Assembly (NCBI GenBank): GCA_045120465.1 | Contig: JBGVEW010000035.1 | Coordinates: 212-64,211 of the forward strand | Direction of reading: 5' to 3' | Length of the DNA: 64,000 nt | Origin: Eubacteriales bacterium | GTDB taxonomy: Bacteria; Bacillota; Clostridia; Oscillospirales; CAG-272 | In this document: piece after piece, positions 28,652 through 37,900 of the stretch | How positions within the stretch are numbered: position 1 is the first letter of the stretch | Layout of the letters: each line of letters starts with the position of its first letter | Position numbers and translations under genes: made by a program | Notes under the pieces: generated by a model | Seen by the model: only the letters and a program-made list of their open reading frames with translations | Databases searched by the model: none | Told to the model about the DNA's origin: nothing

Positions 28652-29547
28652 GCCATGATACCTACCTTAAGCAATTCTTTGAACAGTACCTTTTCGATAG
28701 GCTGATCGGTGCGAACGGTGATAAACTCCGCGCCGCGCGAATGACAAAACGTCTTCAACCCATCCACCAGCTCGTGCATTGCTTGCTCGTAAGCACTCTG
28801 GGATGCACGGTCGATCTTGAGCTTCATGTTTTTGGTATCGGCAACGTCCACCGACTCGGAGTCGATGAGGTTGACGCGTCCCATGTAAAGCGGATCGGTC
28901 TCCTCGGGGGTCATCACCTGAACCAAAAGAACCTGACGCTTTTTATAGCAGAGATAATCCACTGCTTTTTTCCAGTCGGAATCCGTAAAGAAGTCGGAAA
29001 TAATAACGGTAAGTCCGTCGTTGTTGCCCGTTGTGGGGCATCCGACAACCGCCTGGCGCAGATCTGCCTCTCCGTCAAAATTCATCTTTTCAAGCTCGCT
29101 GATCGCGCTGAAAAACGCCCGCTTGCCAACAATGGTGCCAAACGGATTTTTCGCCTTATCCTCTTTGATGAGTTGGAAAGAGACCTTGTCCATGTTATGT
29201 ACGGACAAGTATCCCAAGGCAGCCGCAATACCAATTGCGTAATTTGCCTTTGAGGGATTATCCTTTCCCATCGATGCCGAACAGTCGATAAAGATCTGCG
29301 TGTGCATCTGTCTCTCATCGGTAAAGAGCTTTAAGAAGAACTTTTCGAAGCGGCTGTACAGATTCCAGTCGATACGGCGGATATCGTCACCGAGCATATA
29401 CTCTCGATAGTCCGCAAACTCAACCGTTTGTCCGTACGTCCGCACCAGATGCTTTCCTCCGAAAAAGCCCGCAAGATCTGCGCGCAATTCCAGCGAAAGC
29501 GCTTCTAAACGACTGAAAAATTCATCGTTTAAGTAGGAACCCTTCAT
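28648..29547 (-). CDS. DUF58 domain protein (MoxR-associated)
   Basis: Carries the DUF58 signature FADYREYMLGDDIRRIDW. Its start overlaps the MoxR stop by 1 nt (TAATG). Confidence 0.85.
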   Translation of the reverse strand: MKGSYLNDEFFSRLEALSLELRADLAGFFGGKHLVRTYGQTVEFADYREYMLGDDIRRIDWNLYSRFEKFFLKLFTDERQMHTQIFIDCSASMGKDNPSKANYAIGIAAALGYLSVHNMDKVSFQLIKEDKAKNPFGTIVGKRAFFSAISELEKMNFDGEADLRQAVVGCPTTGNNDGLTVIISDFFTDSDWKKAVDYLCYKKRQVLLVQVMTPEETDPLYMGRVNLIDSESVDVADTKNMKLKIDRASQSAYEQAMHELVDGLKTFCHSRGAEFITVRTDQPIEKVLFKELLKVGIMA

Positions 29548-30626
29548 TATTTTCTCCCAAATACCTTACGCTTTTTCTCGGTGCTCTCAACCTCTTGGGG
29601 AGCATCCTTTTTGTCTTCCTTCTTTGCGTTATCTACGAGACCGTTCTTGCCGGCAAGCTCGTCGATGATCATCTTAACGATCTCATCAGCGGATACGCGC
29701 TCTGCAATTGCCTCGAAGGTCAGCTTCATTCTGTGTCTGAGAACGGGGTAAGCCAGCTCGTTGATATCGTTGTAAGAAACGTTGAATCTGCCGTTCATGA
29801 GTGCCTTTACCTTTGCCGCGGAGATCAAAGCCTGACCTGCACGGGGGGATGCACCGAGACGAACGTACTTCTTTGCAGCGTTGCTTGCGCACTCGCTGTC
29901 GGGGTGCGTTGCGGAGCAAAGGGTCATTGCGTAGCGCATCACGTCCTCAGCAACGGGGATCTGGTTTGCGGTAGCGCGCATCTCCAGCAGATCCTCGCCG
30001 TTACAAGCAGCGTCAGCAACCTCTGCCATGGTCTTTTGGGTCATGTTGACGATATCCATCAATTCATCCAGCGAAGGATTCTTAACGATGATCTTGAACA
30101 TGAAACGGTCCATCTGTGCCTCGGGCAGAGGGTAAGTACCGTCCTGCTCGACGGGGTTCTGGGTTGCCAGAACGAAGAAGGGCTCTTCCAGCTTTCTCGA
30201 AACGCCCATCACGGTAACGGTGTGCTCCTGCATTGCCTCAAGGAGTGCAGACTGGGTCTTAGGAGTTGCACGGTTGATCTCGTCCGCGAGAATGATGTTG
30301 GAGAAGATCGGTCCCTTTTGGAACTGGAAGCTGGAGTTGCCGTTATCGTCCTTTACGATAATGTTGGTACCCGTTACGTCGGCGGGCATCAGGTCAGGAG
30401 TGAACTGGATACGGGAGAACGGAAGGTTGAATACACGACCGAGAGAACGAACCAAACGGGTCTTACCGACACCGGGAACACCCTCCAAAAGCACGTTACC
30501 GCCTGCGATCATTGCGATAACCGCACCCTCGATAACTTCCTTTTGACCAATCACGTCTCTTTCGATCTGCTCAAAGATGTTTTTGCACTGCGTGCTGAAT
30601 TTTTGAATGCTCTGTTCTGTAACCAT
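29547..30626 (-). CDS. MoxR-family AAA+ ATPase
   Basis: Walker A is LLEGVPGVGKT and Walker B is IILADEINRATPKTQSALLEAMQE. The single AAA_3-type domain is followed by a lysine-rich tail. Confidence 0.92.
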   Translation of the reverse strand: MVTEQSIQKFSTQCKNIFEQIERDVIGQKEVIEGAVIAMIAGGNVLLEGVPGVGKTRLVRSLGRVFNLPFSRIQFTPDLMPADVTGTNIIVKDDNGNSSFQFQKGPIFSNIILADEINRATPKTQSALLEAMQEHTVTVMGVSRKLEEPFFVLATQNPVEQDGTYPLPEAQMDRFMFKIIVKNPSLDELMDIVNMTQKTMAEVADAACNGEDLLEMRATANQIPVAEDVMRYAMTLCSATHPDSECASNAAKKYVRLGASPRAGQALISAAKVKALMNGRFNVSYNDINELAYPVLRHRMKLTFEAIAERVSADEIVKMIIDELAGKNGLVDNAKKEDKKDAPQEVESTEKKRKVFGRK

Positions 30627-30698
30627 GATTTTTTCTACCTTACATTATTTATTTTTTTATTTTTTGTTTTGGGGTTATATCATCAATCCATAGGATTG

Positions 30699-31844
30699 TT
30701 ATATACTATCGAAATAAGCCTCGAAGAATTCCCGCAATTCGGGGGGAATCTCTCCGGTTTGTTCAAAGATCTCCATTGCCATCTCGTAATACATATCGAG
30801 CTGATCTCTGTAATATTGATTACCGTCGATAAACTGGTTGCTATCCTGCCATTTACCGCCGGCACCCGCACCTTGGCCATGCGCGCCGGAATTTTCTTTC
30901 CCCTGCTCTTCACCGCCGGAGCCGGAGCCTTGCGTGTCGCCTTCATCTCCGCCCTCTGCGTTACCGTCAGAGTTCTGATTTCCGTTTTCGCCTTCCTGTG
31001 CGTTTGCGTCGGAACCGCCGGGAACGTCGTCGGCTTGATCGCCTTCGTTGCCGCTCTCTCCGCCCTGCTCCTGACCGCCTTCGCCATCGCCTTCACCGTC
31101 GCCTTCGAGGATCTCCTCAAAAATAGCGGTAAAGACCATTTCTTCTTGTACGTTCTTTTCAGAACGCTCGGGCTGCTCGTAACCGTCATCCCAGCCAACG
31201 AATACCCAACCGTCCTCGGCAACCGCCACAACGGGAGTGGTATCCTCTCCGGGGAGCAACAGCTGATCGGCGACCCCCTGAATTTCGCCGCCCTCTTCCA
31301 CTACGTAGGAAACGGCGATGTAATTTGCCAACGGATCCTCAGGGTTGATGATCTCGTTAAAATTGGGAATCACGTCCTCTTCCGCAAGACCCGCGATCGT
31401 CGTCATACCCGAAGCCACCACTGCCGCGACAAGTGTCATGGCAATCAGAAGCTTGGAAAAACGCATACGGATTTTTTTGTTTGCAACGTCGCTCAAATGC
31501 TCCTTGGCATTCTCCCTCTGCAGCATGGCGATATAGGATTCATCATGTTCCAGCTCCAGCATGGTAACAACGCGCTCCTCCAGGCCCAAACGGTCTATGC
31601 GGCGCGCAATACTCTGCGTGGTGGGGCGGAATTTGGCAAAATAGAAGATGACGCCGCTGATGAGAGCGATACCCGCGCCGATGCCGATAGCGATCCAGAT
31701 TCCTTCAAAGTCGAAAATCCAAGCCGCCAAAGCCGCCAAAAAGTTAGCCGAAAAGCCAATGAGCAATCCGCAAAAAGCAGACTTGATCACAGCTTCCGCA
31801 ATCAATCTTGAATAATGTTTTTTAAAAAAGCGATTTTTAATCAT
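30699..31844 (-). CDS. membrane protein with an InlB-B-like repeat and a long acidic G/E/D/N low-complexity region
   Basis: Three predicted TM segments at the N-terminus, then WVFVGWDDGYEQPERSEKNVQEEMVFTAIF, then EGDGEGDGEGGQEQGGESGNEGDQ... It is the first gene after the terminator hairpins at 31879-31967. The SD is weak. Confidence 0.65.
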   Translation of the reverse strand: MIKNRFFKKHYSRLIAEAVIKSAFCGLLIGFSANFLAALAAWIFDFEGIWIAIGIGAGIALISGVIFYFAKFRPTTQSIARRIDRLGLEERVVTMLELEHDESYIAMLQRENAKEHLSDVANKKIRMRFSKLLIAMTLVAAVVASGMTTIAGLAEEDVIPNFNEIINPEDPLANYIAVSYVVEEGGEIQGVADQLLLPGEDTTPVVAVAEDGWVFVGWDDGYEQPERSEKNVQEEMVFTAIFEEILEGDGEGDGEGGQEQGGESGNEGDQADDVPGGSDANAQEGENGNQNSDGNAEGGDEGDTQGSGSGGEEQGKENSGAHGQGAGAGGKWQDSNQFIDGNQYYRDQLDMYYEMAMEIFEQTGEIPPELREFFEAYFDSI

Positions 31845-31878
31845 TGCAATCTTTCATTTCTATGTAAAAATTAGGTGG

Positions 31879-31967
31879 AATCCAAGCGGCGGCGTACCGC
31901 CGCTTGGATTGTTTCTTCTATCCCACAGCACCCGTGGGTGCTGTGGGTGGTGTCACCAAAAGGTGAC
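31879..31967 (-). terminator. three consecutive hairpins downstream of the 2,759-aa gene
   Basis: Hairpins at 31952-31967 (gtcacc-aaaa-ggtgac), 31922-31947 (cccacagcaccc-gt-gggtgctgtggg) and 31879-31910 (aatccaagcggcgg-cgta-ccgccgcttggatt). On the minus strand the last is followed by ccacctaattttta. Confidence 0.55.
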
Positions 31968-31973
31968 GAATGA

Positions 31974-34900
31974 TTAGTCTTTGGTTACGGTAAAGTCAAA
32001 CTCACCGGTGTTACTACTATAGCACTTGACAACCACGTAATAGGTTTCGCCTGCAGTCAGGTTTGCGGTAAGCTTGAAGTGGTATCCTTCTCCGCCGTCA
32101 TCATCGTAATCCCATTCCCAATCAAGATCGTCAGCCTTGTACAAGCCACAATACGTATCACCATAGGTTGCGGTAGTGTGATCTGCCTCAAATGTGTAGC
32201 TTCCACTCTCGGCTGCGGTAAATACGTAGTATCTCTTTTCTCTGGGCTCGTCAACAACAGCGTGCATGGGAGTATTGAGCGTGATGATGATCGCCTCTTC
32301 AAAGCTATCACCACTCTTCTGAGAAGCAAACTCTTCTTCGGTCATCCACTTTGCATACAGCGTGGTAGCCGTTGCGCTGTAGTAAGGACCGGAAAGTCTC
32401 TTGCCCTCGCATGCTTCGTTGTTAAACCAACCGCAGAATACATAGCCTTCCATCTCAAGATCGGCAGGTACGGTAATTGCAAGCATCGTTTCGATCGGAT
32501 CAATAACGGTATCGTTACCGGTTACGAACGTGTAGGTATGCATCTCACCGTCATAGCCCCAAACAACAGCATAAGAGTCTGCCCAGTAGGATGTCCAGCT
32601 GGAAGGCTTTTCGGCTTCCTTAACCAACAGAACCATGCTTGCGTTACAACCGTCGAACGCATCGTTGGGCATATAGGAGTAGCCTACGGGGATGATGATC
32701 TCAACAACGTGATCACAACCGAGGAAAGCCTTGGCAAAGACGCCATATACGTTTTCGGGAAGCGTAATGGAAGCGTCGGTTCCGTTGTAAGCCAGGATGT
32801 AGGACTCGGTCTCGTCGTAATCGAAGAGCACAAAGTCACCCTCGGTGCGCAGTGCGCTTTCACCCTCTTCTGCGGTGTAAACATGGTAAGCCTTCAGATC
32901 ACCGGGATTCGAGTAGGAATTCTCCTCGATCTCCAGACCCGACATGTTGTAAACCTCAACCAGCTTGTCGCAATAACCAAACGCATAATCCTGAATCTCG
33001 ACAAGGTTTGCGGGGAGCATAACGCTCATCAGGCTTTCGCAATAGTAGAACGCTTCCTCAGCGATCACGAGATCTTCCGTGCCGCCCTCCTCAAAGAGAA
33101 GAACCTGAAGCTTAGATGCGCGAGCAACTGCGCTATCTGCGATCAGAGTAACCTCCTTGGGAACGGTGAAGGTACGATCTGCTTTTGCGATAGGATAAGA
33201 GAGTAAGGTCTTGCCGTCAGCGCTGTAAAGAACGCCGCCGATCGCCTTAAAGGACGTGCTGCCGTCCTCAACGTAGTATGCCTCCAAGGATCTGCAGTTG
33301 CTGAACGCGCCGGCAAGAGCCGTTACAGACGCGGGGATCGTAACCTCGGTCAGTGCGTGGCAGTTTGCAAACAGCATGGAAGGAAGGGTGGTTGCCTTGG
33401 TGTTGAGCACCAGGTTGGACAGCGACATACAAGCACTGAACGCTGCGGAACCAAAGTTGGTAACCGTTTCGGGAAGAACGAGCGATTCCAGAGCCGAGCA
33501 GGAATCAAACGCGTTTTCGTTGATCGTGCTGACGGAGGTGGGAATGGTAACGTTCTTCAGTGCGGTGCATTCGTAGAATGCGTAAGCACCGATCACCGCA
33601 CACTTGGGATTCTCTGCAAAGGTGATGGTTTCAAGAGCTGCACAGCCTTCGAACGCACCGGGCGTTTCATCGTGATCCGCCGTGATATCACGGTCGAGAA
33701 TCGCGGTAACGCTTGCGGGAATTTCAAAGGAAGTGATTGCCGTGTATGCAAAGGTACCTGCGGGAATTGCTTCGAGCTGGCTTCCCTCTGCAAAGGTAAT
33801 GCTGCTCAGATTTTCACACGCATTTGCGCCGTATGCATAGTAGTAGAAGGTATTGATACCCATCGTCTTCAGAGATGCGGGGAAGCTGACCGAGGTCAGC
33901 GCGGTTGCACCCGCGAATACGCGGTCGCCCATCGTGGTCAAGCCCTCGCCAATGGTTACGGTGGTCAAAGCATCACAACCAAAGAAGACTTCATCACCCA
34001 TGGAAACCAGACCTGCGGGAAGTGCGATCGTGGTAAGAGGAGTGTCGTTGAATACGCTGTTGCCCAATACCGTCAAACGGCTATTTTCGGTAGCAAAGGT
34101 TGCAGCCTTCAGCTTGGTACCAAAGAATGCATTGTCACCGATCTTCGTCAGTCTTGCGGGGAATGCGACTTCGATTCCGTTCGCGTAGCGACCCGCATAG
34201 TTAAATGCGTGATCTGCAATCTCAAGGTCATCTGCGCCGTTTTCCTCAAATACGAGGTTCTCAAGGCTCTCGGTGGTTGCAAATGCATAAGAACCGATCG
34301 AAACAACCGTGTTGGGAATGTTTACCGTGGTGAGCTCGGTGCAATAGAAGAATGCACGCTCGCCAATGGTCTTAAGACCTGCGGGAAGAACAATGGTGGT
34401 GAGTACGTTGTTGTTTGCAAATGCGTTAGGAGCGATATTCTCCGTGCCTGCGGGAACGGTGTACTCGGTAGCGGTAAGACCGATGGGATAGTAGAGCAGC
34501 GTCTTCAGATCTGCGCTGAAGAGAACGCCGTTTACGGAAACCATCGTCGTGCTGTCACCGTTGATGGTAATCGTTTGCAGATTATCGCAATCCTCAATGA
34601 GAGAAGCATTGAAGTTTGCAAGAGCTGCAGGGAGAGTCAGGGATGCGAGCTCATCGCAGCTGTAGAATGCCTTGTCGCCAATGGACGTAACGCCCGAAGG
34701 AATGGAGATCGATACAAGTTCATCACAGTTTGCAAATGCCTCGGCACCAATGGTCTCAAGAGCACTGTTGTCTGCAAAGAGGATTTCAGTAATGAGCGTG
34801 CACTTCTTGAATGCGTTAGCGTGGATCACCTTAACGGTTGCGGGAATGGTGATCTTGCCCTCTGTACCTGCATTCTGTGCGGGGCAAAGAACGAGCTCGA

Positions 34901-37900
34901 TGGGCTGATCCTCCGAATCGGTCAGATACAGGATACCGTCAATAACCGCAAAAATTGCGTGTTCGGATTCTGCAACCGTAATGGAAGTCAAGCTGCTGGT
35001 GGACCAGCTTCCGCTAACCGCAAATGCAGCTCCGCCGCCTTCAATTCCCGTGATCACAATGCCCTCAGCCGTAGTGTAGGACGCAAGATTTGCGGGAAGG
35101 TTAACGGTTACGAGATCCTCACAATCTACAAATGCCTCGGCACCAATGGTCACCTCACCCATACCGGAGGTAAAGGTAACAGAGGTAATATCCGTTCCGT
35201 AGAACGCACGTGCGCCAACTGCCAAGCGGTTGGTAGCGGTGCTGCCCTCTACGATGGGATCCTGGTTTGCCAGAGACGCGGGAAGAACGATGTCGCCGGA
35301 GAGGTAGGACTCCTCAAATGCGGACTCACCAATGATGGCAAGCTTACCGTCAGCGGCAAAGTTTACGGTAAAGGAACCGCCGTTCGAGTAAGAATATACG
35401 CCACATTCCATAAATGCGCCTACACCAATCTCAACAACGTTGTAGGAGAGATTGACAACTTCAATCTTATTATCCGTAAAGGAGTATGCACCGAGAACGA
35501 GGTCTGCGGTTGCCTCATCTGCAACGGGATATGCGCTCTCAAAGGTCAAAGACGTGATACCGGAATTCTGGAACGCATACTGACCGATGTAGATCAAGGA
35601 TGCGGGAAGCGTAAGATCGCCGAGACCGTCCTTATCATTCCAAGAATCGTAAGAGTCAGCAAATGCGTACTCACCGATGGTTTGGAGCTGACAGCCCTCA
35701 GCAAAGTTCAGGGTGTTTACAAAGCCCTCGAAGAATGCATAAGCGCCGATGCTCTTAACGGATGCGGGAATCGTGATCTCCGTCAAATTGGGGTTCTGAT
35801 AGAATGCGTACTCACCGATGGTTTCCAGCACGGAGCCTTCAACCGTCAGTTCAACCTCTACACCGTAGGAAGGATCCCAATAGCCGCCCTCCTGACCACC
35901 GAAGCAGTATGCACCGATGGACTTCAGAGATGCGGGAATGACAACTGCCTCTTCGGTAGTGGTTTTGTAGAACGCGTACTCACCGAGCGACTGTACACCC
36001 TCGGAGAGGATGATCGCGTCAGCGGTTGCCCACTCGAATGCGTGTGCACCGATGGACGTGGTGTTTGCGGGAATGACGAGCGTGCCGAGGAGTGCCTGCT
36101 CAAATGCGTTTGCACCGATGGTCAGGGACTCTGCGGTAGCAACTTCCGCAAATACGATATTGCCGATATGGCTCTCCTTGAACGCTTCGTTGCCGATCTC
36201 CTCGAGACCTGCGGGAAGGGTCAGGGTGTTCTGCCACAATGCCTTGTTGCCCTTGAAGACACCGTTGCCGATCTTCTTAACGCTCTCGGGAATGGTGATG
36301 TCCTCTACCTTACCCTGAGGAACGAATACCAGCTCGGTAACGTCCTTGTTGTAAAGGATACCGTCCTCGGTGGTAAAGTACACACCGTTGGGAACGTTGA
36401 TCTCAACCAGGCTGGTGCATCCGCCGAAGATAGCGGGCAGCTCGGTGATATTGGAAGGAAGGGTTACGCTCTCGAGGGATGCGCAGTTGTAGAATGCGTC
36501 TGCGCCGAACGTAGGAGCATTACCGTCGTTCGCAAATACCAGCTCGCTGAGCTTGAAGCAATCGCGGAACGCTTCCTTACCGATCTCGGTTACGGTTGCG
36601 GGGATGGAGAAGCTTTCCAGCTCGGAGCATCCGTAGAATGCGCCCTCGGAGATCACAGCCAGACGGCTGCCCGTTCCGAGTACTACCTCTGCCAGAGCTG
36701 CACAGTTGCGGAATGCGTACTTGCCGATTACCACGTTGTTAAAGCCTCTGTCCTCAAAGGTAACCTTGGTAATTGCGGTGTTGTAGAATGCACACTCGCC
36801 AACAAGGCTTACCGTGTTGGGAAGCGTAACCTCGGTTACGTTCGTACCGATAAATGCGCCTGCTGCGATGGTCTGCGTACCGGTTGCGGGAGTAAACGCA
36901 CCGCTTACGGTTGCAGGTACGTAGTACAGGGTCTTAGCGTCCTTGCTGTAGATCGCGCCGTTGATCACCTTGTAGTACTGGTTGTTTGCCGCGATCTCAA
37001 TGGTGGTGAGTGCGGTGCATCCGAAGAATGCGTCGTCGGGCGTCTCGGTGGAGATCACACCGTCGGTCAACGTGTACTTAGAAAGCGCAACGTTGGTCAA
37101 ACGGCCGGGCAAACGGAGGCTTGCCAGCTTGGTGCAGCCTGCAAATGCTCTTGCCTCGATGACAAGATTCTGCTCTGCGCCGGAAACCGCGCTCTCAAAT
37201 ACAACGGACGTCAGATTGGTGGAGTTTGCAAATGCTTCCTTACCGATCTTGGTCACGGATGCGGGAATGATGATCTTGCTCAGTACAGAGTCCTTAAGAG
37301 CCTCTGCGGGGATCTCGGTGATACCTGCTGGAATTGCGTAGGTACCGGTCTTTGCCATAGGCATGTAGAGAAGCTTGGTTGCAACGCCGTTTGCGTCGTT
37401 CTCGAACAGAACGCCGTCACGAGAGGAGTAAACGGGAGCAACACCCTCGGCAGTCTTGTAAACGTTGACAGCGGTCAGACGAGTGCATCCGCCAAAGGGA
37501 GTGATCTGGGAGATCTGCTGAATGGTATCGGGCAGATTGATCACCTTGAGGTTGGTGCAGTTTGCAAACGCATTACCTGCTACCATTGCAACGGGAAGTC
37601 CCTGGTAGGTTGCGGGAATCGTGATCTCGTCAACGAGCGCGATTCTCGGGCCCTTGGCTACAACGTATGCATCCTTACCGTTCACCTTGGAAAGGTTGAA
37701 GGAAAGTGCCTCGTTGATCCAGAATGCGTGCAGCTCTTTGTTTTCAAGATCTGCCCAGTGAGTCAGAGCGTTACCCTTTGCATCGGTATAACGGATGCCG
37801 TTACCGTAGGGCTCGCTGTACCAACCGCCGAATGCACCTGCAGCGTCTGCGGGCGTGGGAACGGTCAGCTGATAGGTCTGCTCGTAGAATACCTCGTCAG

